From IMG/VR virus record IMGVR_UViG_3300024274_000264: a stretch of DNA of 64,000 nucleotides; one strand, given 5' to 3'. The notes under the pieces were generated by a model. It made no database searches. It was not told the origin of the DNA and saw nothing but the letters and a program-made list of their open reading frames with translations. The number at the start of each line of letters is the position of its first letter. Position 1 is the stretch's first letter. Below, piece by piece: positions 50,056 to 60,164 of this stretch. Made by a program: the position numbers and the translations under genes. The stretch comes from a virus.

Positions 50056-50529
50056 TTATTCTTTCTTTGTAGGAGGTCTTCCTTTTGGTTTCACTATTTT
50101 TATTTCTGGTGCGTCGTTTTGTGCGTCTGATTTTGATTTTTCAGCTTGTGCTGTCAATTCTGATAATTCGCTAAATATATTGCTAGATGTTTGTTTTGTG
50201 GTGGTGGGTTGTGATTTAGATGGATTTAAAATATCTGGATACCATTCTTGCATTAACTTTTCTGCTGTTTCACATTGCGTTTTAATCCAAGTCATTGCAA
50301 ATTTTTCTAAGTGTTCTTGAACTTCTTCAATTGTTGCATAAAATGGAACATTTCCAAGTTCTTGTTCTGTGACCTGTCTTCTATTACCAGGAGGACCAGC
50401 TAAAAAAACATAAAACAATTCTACGCCATGTTTTGATTTGCGTTCAATTAATTCTTCGACAATAACTGGCCTTGGTCCTTGTTCTGGATCTATTACGAAA
50501 CAAATTTGACCAATGTCCAAATTTTTCAT
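50056..50529 (-). CDS. Hypothetical protein (SH3/KOW-like N-terminus)
   Basis: LDIGQICFVI beta start. Tightly coupled in the reverse-strand operon. Confidence 0.7.
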   Translation of the reverse strand: MKNLDIGQICFVIDPEQGPRPVIVEELIERKSKHGVELFYVFLAGPPGNRRQVTEQELGNVPFYATIEEVQEHLEKFAMTWIKTQCETAEKLMQEWYPDILNPSKSQPTTTKQTSSNIFSELSELTAQAEKSKSDAQNDAPEIKIVKPKGRPPTKKE

Positions 50530-50930
50530 CTATTCTTTCCTTCGATAGCATCAATATAATGTTCTGTTAAAACAAGCACTGTTCCATTAGAATATTTTTG
50601 TTCATAAGGTGTAAAATCTAAATTAGTTAATAAATTATTAAGTTTTGCTTCGTTTGCATAACCGCCATACAATTCTTCAAATTTTATTATTTGATTAATT
50701 GCACTTTCATGCATGAACATAAAACTCACAATAGGTTCCATTTGACCAATATTTCTAAATTCTTGAACAAGCCGTTCTGTCTCAACCAAGATTGGTGTTC
50801 CATCTTTTTTAATGTAAACACTTAGTGCGAAATTAGATAACCTTTCGTGGAGTTTTAAATTATTTTGATTTCCACCAAGATTTTTAATGATTGATAAAAG
50901 AGTTTCTACAGTATTAACGTGAAATTTCAT
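50526..50930 (-). CDS. Hypothetical protein
   Basis: 134 aa, with overlapping start/stop junctions on both sides. Confidence 0.75.
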   Translation of the reverse strand: MKFHVNTVETLLSIIKNLGGNQNNLKLHERLSNFALSVYIKKDGTPILVETERLVQEFRNIGQMEPIVSFMFMHESAINQIIKFEELYGGYANEAKLNNLLTNLDFTPYEQKYSNGTVLVLTEHYIDAIEGKNR

Positions 50931-51319
50931 TAATTTTTCTTTTCCTCTGATTGAGCAATTTTGTTTTCAATTGCGGCCAATAATTTTTCGCCTTTTTCTT
51001 TTGCTTTTTTACTGGTTTCCATTCCAAGGGCAATACGAACTTTATCAAATTGCTTATCGCTTAAAACTTCTCTAACTGCTTTCATATTGAGATATTGATG
51101 CATTTCGTATTCGTAAATTGGAGCAGGATCACCAGAATCTCCAACTTCTACTTCGCCTGTATTATAAACTTCTTCAACAAACAACATAACAGGCATTGGG
51201 TCTGGTTTGCTTGTTTCAATATAAGGAATAGGATTTATAACCTTTCCTTTGAGATCACTTTGGTATAGAAGTTCTGGTATTGTTTTTCTTTTTGCTTTTA
51301 AATCAAATTTTCTTGACAT
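50930..51319 (-). CDS. Hypothetical protein
   Basis: 129 aa, TAATG junction with the next gene. Confidence 0.75.
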   Translation of the reverse strand: MSRKFDLKAKRKTIPELLYQSDLKGKVINPIPYIETSKPDPMPVMLFVEEVYNTGEVEVGDSGDPAPIYEYEMHQYLNMKAVREVLSDKQFDKVRIALGMETSKKAKEKGEKLLAAIENKIAQSEEKKN

Positions 51320-51322
51320 AAT

Positions 51323-51592
51323 TTATAGGTCTCCTTCCAAGATATGAACGAACGTATCAAAAGTATCTTTTCTTGATACTTTGTCTCTAATAGCTTGAAC
51401 ACGCATAGCCTGCTTCAATGTTTTAACATCAATTTTTTCAGCATATTTTTCGAACAATTCTTTTCTATCAATTGTTAAAATTTCAATTTCTGAATCGATT
51501 CTCTTTAGTTCAGAAATGAATTCTTTTACTAATGGTTCTAATTCTGTAACTGATGATGGTTGGGAATCTATCCCTTGTGTGTTTTCCTTCAT
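51323..51592 (-). CDS. GapR/DUF2312 (T4 DsbA-like) dsDNA-binding protein
   Basis: LVKEFISELKRIDSEIEILTIDRKELFEKY...IDVKTLKQAMRV follows the GapR pattern. Confidence 0.7.
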   Translation of the reverse strand: MKENTQGIDSQPSSVTELEPLVKEFISELKRIDSEIEILTIDRKELFEKYAEKIDVKTLKQAMRVQAIRDKVSRKDTFDTFVHILEGDL

Positions 51593-51621
51593 ATTATTTA
51601 TGATATAATATGAATTGAAAA

Positions 51622-52821
51622 TTAATTTGTAAACAGCTCTTTTATTTTATTTTGTTGTTCTTGTGTCAATGAACTAAAAACTGGTTTTAAAATTTCGTTA
51701 AGATTTGTAAAATAATCTTTTTTTAAAGTGCTTAATAGCTGGGGCTCTATAATCGATTTTATTTTTCCATACGCTTGTTTAATTTTTAAAGTGTCAACAT
51801 TTTTTTGTTTTTGAAGTTCCGCGCTAATGATTTTATCCATTTCTTGTTTGGCAACATTTAAATCTGCACCAGTTAATTTTGAATAATCTTCAAGAGAAGA
51901 CGCTTTTTTTACAGCTGTAAATTTCTGAACCAAAGATTCAAAAAGTTCATTTCCGATTGGTTTTAATTTTTGATAAACATCAGAAAACATTTCTTCTTTT
52001 TTATTTGGGTTTTTATCTAAGTAAATTAATGCTGCCTCAAGAAAATCTTTTTCAGATGGTTCTTGTGCAGTTTGCGTTTCATTAAGTGACATATCACCAT
52101 CCATTCCATTGTTGTAAGAAGAATAGTAGTCTGCGCCATAGCTCATATAGCCCGCACCGTCAGGTACGGTTGATTTTGGTAGAGTTTTTTTATTTTTTTC
52201 GTCGTCATATTTGTATTTTTCAATATATTTTTGAACGCGTAAATTTCTTCTCTGAACTGCGGGAATCGCGTAATATGCCGATTTTATATCAGATACAAGA
52301 TCTTGAAGTTTATTACCAGAAAAAGTATTTAAAATATTAAATGCAGCTTTTGGTGATTTTTGAATTAACTTAAAACTCAATGCAGCTTTAGGATTTAGTA
52401 AAAACAAAATAAGTTTAAAATCTTTATTTTCTAAAGCTTCTGAATTTCTTTGTAAAACTTCGGCATAACGTTTGTCCATTCTTTGAAATGCTGCTTTTTC
52501 TTGATCCCTTATTTCATTAAAAATGAGTGGTTTAGAAGGTGAAAATAATCTTGGAAAATTTACAAGTAATTTTTTCGCGAAGTAAAAAATTGAACCTGTT
52601 GCTTTTTCAACGGCGTATTGTCCACTGCGAAAAATATCAAAAAAAGGGTCGACAAATGTTTTCTTGAAAATATCTACTCCTCCACCACCAATTGATCCAT
52701 ATGCAGAAAAATCAGAATAACCACCGCCACCAGTATCATCTCCATATTCTTCAAAAATAAATTCAAATAATTTTATCTTGTTTTCTTTTGCGTTTTTTAT
52801 TTTTTGATTTTTCTTTTGCAT
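51622..52821 (-). CDS. Hypothetical protein, candidate internal head protein
   Basis: 399 aa, preceded by TATTTA. LFE/IFEE and LNE sites lie next to Gly-rich linkers. Confidence 0.65.
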   Translation of the reverse strand: MQKKNQKIKNAKENKIKLFEFIFEEYGDDTGGGGYSDFSAYGSIGGGGVDIFKKTFVDPFFDIFRSGQYAVEKATGSIFYFAKKLLVNFPRLFSPSKPLIFNEIRDQEKAAFQRMDKRYAEVLQRNSEALENKDFKLILFLLNPKAALSFKLIQKSPKAAFNILNTFSGNKLQDLVSDIKSAYYAIPAVQRRNLRVQKYIEKYKYDDEKNKKTLPKSTVPDGAGYMSYGADYYSSYNNGMDGDMSLNETQTAQEPSEKDFLEAALIYLDKNPNKKEEMFSDVYQKLKPIGNELFESLVQKFTAVKKASSLEDYSKLTGADLNVAKQEMDKIISAELQKQKNVDTLKIKQAYGKIKSIIEPQLLSTLKKDYFTNLNEILKPVFSSLTQEQQNKIKELFTN

Positions 52822-53287
52822 ATTTTGATTCTTCTTTTTCCAAGTATAAATACTTTGCTGCAGTATACTCTTTTGAATGAATAAATGGAGATGTTACTTT
52901 ATTTAAAGTAGCTTCTGAAGCTACAGAATTTGTTGAAACAGGAACTATCTTTTCTTTATATGAATATTTTTCTAAATATGAACTTTCAATCCATAAATTT
53001 CCTCCATTTAAAGATTTCCAGTAATGGGCCACCCAAACATCTAAATCGCCAAAAATGAATCGTCTATTATAATATATTAATTTTCCAAAAGGCCAACATG
53101 GCTGTTTTGTTTTAATTGGCATTAATCTGCAAATTTCTTCCCAAACTGTCCAGCGGAAGTGAAGCCAATTCTGATCTTTTTCTTCAACATAGAGATTACA
53201 GAGTTGAATTGCTTTTTTTATATCGTTTTGTATATTTTCATCTTTAATATCTGTCTCAAGAGTTGCAAGATTAGTACAATTTTCCAT
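52763..53287 (-). CDS. Hypothetical Trp-rich protein
   Basis: 174-aa ORF divergent from portal, overlapping the next gene by 59 nt. Confidence 0.6.
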   Translation of the reverse strand: MENCTNLATLETDIKDENIQNDIKKAIQLCNLYVEEKDQNWLHFRWTVWEEICRLMPIKTKQPCWPFGKLIYYNRRFIFGDLDVWVAHYWKSLNGGNLWIESSYLEKYSYKEKIVPVSTNSVASEATLNKVTSPFIHSKEYTAAKYLYLEKEESKYAKEKSKNKKRKRKQDKII

Positions 53288-53321
53288 TTTTAATTTAATA
53301 TTAAGTATTTATTGGAATAAT

Positions 53322-55373
53322 ATGTCAGATACTAAAGAAAATGAAGTTGTTAATAGGACGCTAGAATTTTATAAAAGAATAGCGAATCTTTTTCGTTCTG
53401 GGGTAAATATTAATCGAAAAATAAAAGGTTTAGATTATGGAAATCTTGCAACTCCACAGGAATTAGCACTTCAAGGAAATATTGGTTATCCAAGTTATAA
53501 CGCGTATAGGCATAGCTATTCTGGATTTGTTGGTATGGGATATTTTGGAGTATATGATCGAATTTATCGCTACAGAGAATATATTGACATGGATGCACAA
53601 TCACCAGAATGCGCAACCGCTTTAGATGGTTTGGCAGATGAAATTTGCGCGGTCGATCAAAATGATCAAATGTTACACATAGAAACAGATTCAATTGAAA
53701 TAAGAAAGAGTTTGGAAGAACTTTTTTTTGATGTTTGCAAATTAAATTCTGATTTAAGATACTGGGTTAGAAGTATGCTTAAATTTGGCGACTTCTTTTT
53801 GTTTTTAGATATTAGAGAACGCGAAGGAATAATCAATATCGAACAAATTCCTGCACCCGATTGTGAAAGACAAGAAAAGTATGATAAAAATGATCCTAAT
53901 GCTGTTAGATTCAAAATAACAACTCCTAATATTCAAAATCCTTCGTCACAAAATTCTTCTTATTTGGAAAATTTCCAAGTTGCCAATTTTAGATTTTTAT
54001 CTAACGATGCTTATAGACCACATGGAACAAGTTGGTTAGATGGAGCAAGAAGACCATATAGAGTATTAATGATGTTGGTGGATGCGATGTTAACTTATCG
54101 TATTGTAAGATCTCCAGCAAGAAGAATGTTTTATATTGATACAACAGGTATTAACCCAAATGATGTTGAAACATTTATGAAAAAAGTTGAAGAATCATTC
54201 AATGCAAAAAGTATAGTTTCTAACAATGATGGACGACAAGATTATCGCTGGAATCCTTCTTCTATGTTAGAAAACTACTTTATACCAATTAAAAGAGATT
54301 CTTTAACAAAAGTTGATACTTTAGAAGGCGCAACTCATCAAACCGCTGTTGATGACATAGCCTTTGTTCACAAACAATTAACTGCCGCTCTTAAAATGCC
54401 AAGAGCATTTTTGGGCTACGATGAAGCTGTTGGCAAAAACAACTTATCTGCACAAGATATAAGATTTTCAAAAACTGTTTCTGCGATACAAAGAATTGTT
54501 TTAGCAGAATTAAAACGTATGGCGATGTTGCATCTATATGCAAAAGGTTTTGACGGCGAAGATTTAATTAACTTTAATTTAAAATTAACCAATCCAAGTA
54601 CAGCTGCGGTGTTACAAAAATTGGAACTTTGGGAAAAGAAACTTGATATAGCTGGCAAAGCAAAAGACATTCCTCATGTGGATGAAGAAGTTATTCAAAA
54701 AGAGATTTTTGGATTTAATGATGCTGACATAATCAGAATTCGTCTAGGCAGAGAGCAGGATACAATTAGAAATAAAACATTTGAAGCTCTACAGCCTGTA
54801 AAAAATGAACCAGGCCAAGAACCCGATCAATTTGATCCAGCAAACTATGATGTTCCAGGTTCAGGAATGATTCAAAATCCACAACAGGGAAATGCTGAAT
54901 TACCGCAAAATACAGTTGCAGCAGACCTACAAACCGTTCCTAATATTGACATTTCTGATTCTGAAATTGTGAAAGTCAACATTCCAGATAAAAAAGCACC
55001 AATAAGTCCAAATTATTTTGTTCCTTCTAAAATGTTTCCTTCTATGGTCAAAACCTCTAACTTCAACAAACAAATTATTAATCCTTACTATGGAATGAAT
55101 ATGGTTTCATCTCAAAAAACAGAATTTGAAACTTCAAAAGACCGCGATAATCATTATTCAACTCTTATAAAAGAAAGTTTTAAAGAGTTAAATTCTAGCA
55201 ATATTCCAAGTTCTGGAGTTTATAAAGAAGTAGTCTCTAGTTTGAAAAACTTAAACAAGCTTTTAAATGAATCTAAGAAAAAAGAAGAGGATGAAAATTC
55301 AGAAGTTGAAATTGAAATCGATAGCGGCGATTTTAAGCCATTCTATAATAAAATTTCTAGAAACAATAAATAA
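53322..55373 (+). CDS. gp20: Portal protein (T4 gp20-like)
   Basis: RYREYIDMD..PEC.TALD, DAMLTYRIVRSPARRMFYIDT, ENYFIP, VDTLEG, ALKMPRAFL, DIRFSKTV. Confidence 0.95.
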   Translation: MSDTKENEVVNRTLEFYKRIANLFRSGVNINRKIKGLDYGNLATPQELALQGNIGYPSYNAYRHSYSGFVGMGYFGVYDRIYRYREYIDMDAQSPECATALDGLADEICAVDQNDQMLHIETDSIEIRKSLEELFFDVCKLNSDLRYWVRSMLKFGDFFLFLDIREREGIINIEQIPAPDCERQEKYDKNDPNAVRFKITTPNIQNPSSQNSSYLENFQVANFRFLSNDAYRPHGTSWLDGARRPYRVLMMLVDAMLTYRIVRSPARRMFYIDTTGINPNDVETFMKKVEESFNAKSIVSNNDGRQDYRWNPSSMLENYFIPIKRDSLTKVDTLEGATHQTAVDDIAFVHKQLTAALKMPRAFLGYDEAVGKNNLSAQDIRFSKTVSAIQRIVLAELKRMAMLHLYAKGFDGEDLINFNLKLTNPSTAAVLQKLELWEKKLDIAGKAKDIPHVDEEVIQKEIFGFNDADIIRIRLGREQDTIRNKTFEALQPVKNEPGQEPDQFDPANYDVPGSGMIQNPQQGNAELPQNTVAADLQTVPNIDISDSEIVKVNIPDKKAPISPNYFVPSKMFPSMVKTSNFNKQIINPYYGMNMVSSQKTEFETSKDRDNHYSTLIKESFKELNSSNIPSSGVYKEVVSSLKNLNKLLNESKKKEEDENSEVEIEIDSGDFKPFYNKISRNNK

Positions 55374-55404
55374 AACAAATAGTTAAATATCGACAAAGGT
55401 TAAA

Positions 55405-56241
55405 ATGAATTTAGACACCAAGGTACCACACAACAAAAAAAGAAATGTTGGACTAGTCTATGACTTTTTAGTTCAAAAGTTAACTAAAGCGACTATCGAG
55501 AACAACGAAAAAGAAATCTTTATAATTAAAAAAACAATTAAAGAAAATTTCACAAAACAAAGTGAAATATTAAAAGAACTTAAAATCTTTAAACAAATTT
55601 TGAGTTCTTCTTTTTTATCGGCAGAAATTGCTTCAAGATTTTTAGATGAAATAAAAAAAGAAACTAAAAAGATCAATCTTTCAAAATCTGAAACAGAAAA
55701 AACAAATCTCATACACGAAATTAATAAAAATTTAAATGGAGATGGCTTGTTTTTTAATCAGTATGTTGAAAACTATAAAGAACTTGCAACAATACAAGTG
55801 TTGCTTAATAATTGGCATGCCCCTCTTTCTGAATCTAAAAAAATAAATATTTTGGTTCTTGAAGACAGTTTAATTTCATTTTTGGTAAATAAAAAACAGC
55901 AAATTTCACAGCCTGTGGATTTGAAAGAAAATATTAATAACGATAGTAAATTAATCGCAAAAATAATGCATCAAAAATTCGAAGAGAAATATTCTTCTTT
56001 GTTTGATACCGATCAAAAAAATATTTTAAATGCTTTTATATCAGATAATAAAAGTATCTTAACTGAAATTCTTTGCGAGACAAAAGAAAAGATTATAGAT
56101 CAAATAAAAAATAAGAAAAACTATAAAGAACTTTTAGAAGAAGTAAAACTTTTGGAACCAGTTCCATGTAGCGAACACTGCACATTCTTTCTAGGAGTGT
56201 TAGATATTTTGAGAGCAGAGCGAGGCGAAGTTAAAGAATAA
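55405..56241 (+). CDS. Head-module hypothetical protein
   Basis: HNKKRNVGLVYDFL. Lies between portal and protease. Confidence 0.8.
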   Translation: MNLDTKVPHNKKRNVGLVYDFLVQKLTKATIENNEKEIFIIKKTIKENFTKQSEILKELKIFKQILSSSFLSAEIASRFLDEIKKETKKINLSKSETEKTNLIHEINKNLNGDGLFFNQYVENYKELATIQVLLNNWHAPLSESKKINILVLEDSLISFLVNKKQQISQPVDLKENINNDSKLIAKIMHQKFEEKYSSLFDTDQKNILNAFISDNKSILTEILCETKEKIIDQIKNKKNYKELLEEVKLLEPVPCSEHCTFFLGVLDILRAERGEVKE

Positions 56242-56960
56242 TGAAAACCGTAATTAAAAAACCAAAAAAAATTCTTTTGAAAGAAAATTTCATATTTGAT
56301 TTAAAAAATGCAAAAAATTCTCTGAACGAAAGTTTAGACATTTCGAATTTGGATAGTTTTAGCGAGGCATTAGTGCTCTCTGGCATAATTCAACGCTGTA
56401 ATACTCTGAATCAAAATGGAAGAGTTTATCCTAGAAATGTTCTTGTCCCAAAATTAGAACAGTACATAAAAACAAAAGTTGAAACTGGAATGGCTTACGG
56501 TGAATTAGATCACAAAGACAGTGAAGTTGTTGAATTTAAACATGCTGCTTTTAGATTTAGAAGGATTTGGCTTGAAGAAGATGTTGTTTATGGAGAAATA
56601 GTTATTTTCCCTGAAACAGAAGAAGATAAGAAAATTAGAGGCGCACTTAAAACAGGTGGAAAAATTGGAATTTCTTCTAGAGCTATGGGTTCAATTAGTC
56701 GACAAACTTTACCAGAAGGAATTGTCGCGGATGTAGTATCAGATGATCTTCATATAATCTGTTGGGATATTGTTACCGAACCATCTACACCAAAAGCATT
56801 TATGGAAGACAAACAAGTTTCCTCCACTCCAAAACAAAAATCTTTAACAAAACTAAAACCTGCACAAACAGTTGTTATGAACGAAAACAAAAATCTAAAA
56901 AAAGAACATTATAACACTCTTTTAGAAATGGCAAAAAACTTTAATAAAAAGGAAAAATAA
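56241..56960 (+). CDS. gp21: Prohead core protease (T4 gp21-like)
   Basis: NQNGRVYP, GELDH, IGISSRAMGS, WDIVTEPSTPKAF. Confidence 0.95.
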   Translation: MKTVIKKPKKILLKENFIFDLKNAKNSLNESLDISNLDSFSEALVLSGIIQRCNTLNQNGRVYPRNVLVPKLEQYIKTKVETGMAYGELDHKDSEVVEFKHAAFRFRRIWLEEDVVYGEIVIFPETEEDKKIRGALKTGGKIGISSRAMGSISRQTLPEGIVADVVSDDLHIICWDIVTEPSTPKAFMEDKQVSSTPKQKSLTKLKPAQTVVMNENKNLKKEHYNTLLEMAKNFNKKEK

Positions 56961-56961
56961 A

Positions 56962-57513
56962 ATGGAAACAAAAGAAAATAAAGTTGTATTGAGACGAGCA
57001 GAATTGAAAAAAATGCTAAAAGAGATCATAAAAGAAATGTTGACAAGTGGAGAACTTAATGAAGTTTTTCAAGCTGCTAACAATAGTGGTCAACAAATTC
57101 TTAGTTCGGCACCAAATAGATTTGGATTAGACAATAACACAAATACTGTTGTTTCTGCTCTCGCTGCCGCCGTTGCTGGTAATGATCCTTCCAAAAAAGG
57201 TGTTTTAGAAGCAATTTTTGCCGATACAGCCAAAACAACAAATCCACAACAAATGAGAATGGAAATGAATCCTCCATCTCAAACTTTTTTTAACCAAGGA
57301 GGAGGCCATCCCGCATTTACAGCAGTTTCAAATCCTCAAATTGGTTACACAGGTGAAAATACAATAAACTACACTATGCAGCCACATGGATATATTCCAT
57401 ATGGAAATGGAATGTCACAACCTATGCAACCCCAACAAAACCATCAACAAATGCATCCGCTAGCTAAAATTGCATTTAAGCATCCATTAAAAAACACATT
57501 AGATAATAGTTAA
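56962..57513 (+). CDS. Head-module hypothetical protein with Q/M/P-rich tail
   Basis: ELKKMLKEIIKEML N-terminal motif, IFADTA, low-complexity C-terminus. Confidence 0.75.
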   Translation: METKENKVVLRRAELKKMLKEIIKEMLTSGELNEVFQAANNSGQQILSSAPNRFGLDNNTNTVVSALAAAVAGNDPSKKGVLEAIFADTAKTTNPQQMRMEMNPPSQTFFNQGGGHPAFTAVSNPQIGYTGENTINYTMQPHGYIPYGNGMSQPMQPQQNHQQMHPLAKIAFKHPLKNTLDNS

Positions 57514-57536
57514 GAGTAATAAAAGAGTAAAAGTAA

Positions 57537-58043
57537 ATGCCAAGAATTAGACCAGGATATTTAGGACAAGTCCCAGCAACAAATCACGGAATGGGATCAT
57601 CGGATACAACAGCGGCAAAAATAGTTTTTGCTCAATCTCCACTTTACAATGGAGAATTGTCCGACCAAGCTATCAAAGATTCGTTTTATAAACCAGCAGA
57701 GCTTGAAGGAGATTTTATCAATGATGGTGGATATCAATTTGGTTTGGTTGATAGAAAATATAGTGGAACTCCAAACTTTGATGAAGTAGAAGTCGGAGGA
57801 GCAGGAAAACCTGCGACACCATTTGCGCCAAATATCGCAAACCCAGTTGTTCCATTTGATCCAAGAACAATTCCAGCAGAAGGAAGAGAAGCGACATTAA
57901 GAGTGAAATCTTTAAGCCGTGGAGCTTTCCTTGGTAACGGACTTGTTTCACCTCACACTTCAAAATATGTTTCACCTCCTCCTGGTGAAACAAATGGTTT
58001 GGGAAATGGTTCTGGAAACACCTTTGTTAATCGCGAAGAATAA
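57537..58043 (+). CDS. Gly/Pro-rich putative minor head protein
   Basis: 168 aa, GGAGKPATPFAPN. Preceded by TAGTTA and followed by a terminator. Confidence 0.7.
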   Translation: MPRIRPGYLGQVPATNHGMGSSDTTAAKIVFAQSPLYNGELSDQAIKDSFYKPAELEGDFINDGGYQFGLVDRKYSGTPNFDEVEVGGAGKPATPFAPNIANPVVPFDPRTIPAEGREATLRVKSLSRGAFLGNGLVSPHTSKYVSPPPGETNGLGNGSGNTFVNREE

Positions 58044-58071
58044 TAATCAAAAAGAACGTTAAAAAATTATC

Positions 58072-58102
58072 AAGCTCGCCTATTCATAGCGCGGGCTTTT
58101 TT
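58072..58102 (+). terminator. Rho-independent terminator
   Basis: AAGCTCGC...GCGGGCTT stem followed by a T-tract. Confidence 0.75.
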
Positions 58103-58114
58103 AATTTGAAAGAA

Positions 58115-58138
58115 TAATTAAAAATTATAAGATAATTA
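58115..58138 (+). promoter_or_regulatory. Tandem TAATTA putative late promoters for scaffold/capsid
   Basis: TAATTA at 58115 and 58133, just after the terminator and before GAAGGGA and the ATG at 58152. Confidence 0.55.
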
Positions 58139-58151
58139 GAAGGGAATTTAA

Positions 58152-60119
58152 ATGTCAAAACTTTACGAACAAGCTATTGCGGATAGTAAAAAATTAAAAG
58201 AAGCTTTAAGACAAGAAGTTGAAAATGATGTACTAAAAAAATATAGACCACATATTCAAAAATTAGTCGATCAAGAAATTGAAGGATTCTTACTGGAACA
58301 AGATGAGCCAGAAACACTCAACTTAGATACTCCAGAAACACAACCCGCAGCAGAACAACCTTTAGCTGACGCAAAGCCAACAGAACCAGCTGTACCAGCA
58401 CCAGCAGAACCTGTTGATACAAGTTTCAGTGCGCCAATTACACCAGTTGGTGGAAATGCTTCAATGCCAATCCCTGATGCAGATGGAAAAGTTATTGTTT
58501 CGTTTGAATCTCTTTTTTCTGGACAAACTGGGCTTCCACAACCAACACAGGCGGCCCCCCAAACTGGAGGAGAAATGGCACCACCGCCAATGGAATCAAC
58601 TCCTGCGGCACCAGTCGCGGAAGAAACACCTATGGAATCAACACCAGAACCCACAGAACAACTTCCTGCTGAAACACAACCATCGGCACAACCAGAACAA
58701 AAATTCAATCCAGAAAAACTAGAAGAAGCTAGAAGTCGAATTGGAGAATTAGAAAATGAATATGCAAATACTTTCATTTCTAAAAAAATTGGACTAAAAG
58801 AAGTAACAGATTTTACTTATAGACTTCTAGAAACATATTCAGAATTAGAAAATATGAAGGAATTAAAAGAAATTAGAGAGTCTTCATTTGATGTTTTATC
58901 ATTAAAAATGGAAAATCTTTATAAGTTAATACAGAATTCTGAAAAATTGTATAATAGTTATCACAGAACTCAAAAAATTACTGAAGGAAATCAAATAATG
59001 AAAGTTCATCCAAAAACAAGATCATTTTTAAATAGCCTTCTCGAATCTTTAGAAACAGGATTTGGGGATGATGGCACAATAGAAAAAGTTTCGGAGCCAC
59101 TTGATGCACTTGAAAAAGTTGCTGATAAGGCTGGAAAGGCTGCGGCGTCTGCCTCAAAACCAAAATTAGTAGATCCAGAAAGAGGAAAACAAGCTCCTTT
59201 CAAACACAAAGCAAAAGAAGACGAATCTCTTCTTAAAGAAGATGTCATGGAAGAAGAAGTTGAATCTGACGAATCTGATATGAGCCTTGACGAAGAAATT
59301 GCTGCTCTAGAAAAAGAAATGGATGAAATGCTTGGTTCAACTGAAGAATCAGTTATGGAAAGCAAAAAATCATCTAAAAAAGTTGGAAAACCAGTTTCCA
59401 AAGACGCGGCAAAAAAAGCAGAAGCGGCCAAAAAAGTTAAAAAACTAAAAGAACAACTTGCTGCTGCCGAAAAAGAAATGGATGAATGTGGCGGCATGGA
59501 TTCATCTGGTGGACAAACCACAATTACCATAACAACTGATGGTAAAGTTGCTGGTGCTGACGCGGTTGGATCTAAAGTTGATCTTGTTGATTCAGATGGC
59601 GATGAAGACGACATGACCCTTTCTTCTGATGGAGAAGATCTTAACGAAGAAGACATGTTCGAAATCGTTATGGATGACGAAGAAGCTGTAGACGAAGAAT
59701 ATGATATGGATGAAACAAAATCTCCAGAAGATATGGAATCAAGTCTACAAGAATCAAAACAAATCAAATCTCTTAAAGAATATACAAAAGAATTAGAGAC
59801 AGTTGCTGCTCGTTCTTTATATGTAAATAAAATTTTTGCAAACTACGACGGTCTATCTAAAAAACAAAAAGAATTAGTTGTTGAATATATTGATAGAGCA
59901 AAAAATCCTGAAGATGCAAAAAGAATTTTTGGTAGAATCAAAAAGCAACTAAGCGAAGCGAAAACAGACGCTGCGAAAAAGACAGAGAAAAAAGCTGGTT
60001 CCCTCAATGAATCGGTCTCTCGTAAACCACAAGTTAATTCAGGTGGCGCAGCCGACAAAATTGTAATCGGTTCAGCAGACAGATTTAGAGAATTAGTAAA
60101 TAACAAGAAAATTGGTTAA
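58152..60119 (+). CDS. Prohead scaffold/core protein (gp22-like role)
   Basis: Acidic coiled-coil and low-complexity protein with many (L/M/I)xE sites, immediately upstream of the capsid gene. MSKLYEQAIAD start and ARSLYVNKIF. Confidence 0.8.
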   Translation: MSKLYEQAIADSKKLKEALRQEVENDVLKKYRPHIQKLVDQEIEGFLLEQDEPETLNLDTPETQPAAEQPLADAKPTEPAVPAPAEPVDTSFSAPITPVGGNASMPIPDADGKVIVSFESLFSGQTGLPQPTQAAPQTGGEMAPPPMESTPAAPVAEETPMESTPEPTEQLPAETQPSAQPEQKFNPEKLEEARSRIGELENEYANTFISKKIGLKEVTDFTYRLLETYSELENMKELKEIRESSFDVLSLKMENLYKLIQNSEKLYNSYHRTQKITEGNQIMKVHPKTRSFLNSLLESLETGFGDDGTIEKVSEPLDALEKVADKAGKAAASASKPKLVDPERGKQAPFKHKAKEDESLLKEDVMEEEVESDESDMSLDEEIAALEKEMDEMLGSTEESVMESKKSSKKVGKPVSKDAAKKAEAAKKVKKLKEQLAAAEKEMDECGGMDSSGGQTTITITTDGKVAGADAVGSKVDLVDSDGDEDDMTLSSDGEDLNEEDMFEIVMDDEEAVDEEYDMDETKSPEDMESSLQESKQIKSLKEYTKELETVAARSLYVNKIFANYDGLSKKQKELVVEYIDRAKNPEDAKRIFGRIKKQLSEAKTDAAKKTEKKAGSLNESVSRKPQVNSGGAADKIVIGSADRFRELVNNKKIG

Positions 60120-60164
60120 TTGGATACTAAATAGAATATAGATACTCGGAGAAAAAAATAAATT

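Noticed and set aside
59006-59767. 253-aa Ser-rich minus-strand ORF (also 58271..58777)
   Set aside because: Antisense shadow of the acidic, low-complexity scaffold gene, with no start signals or domain features.
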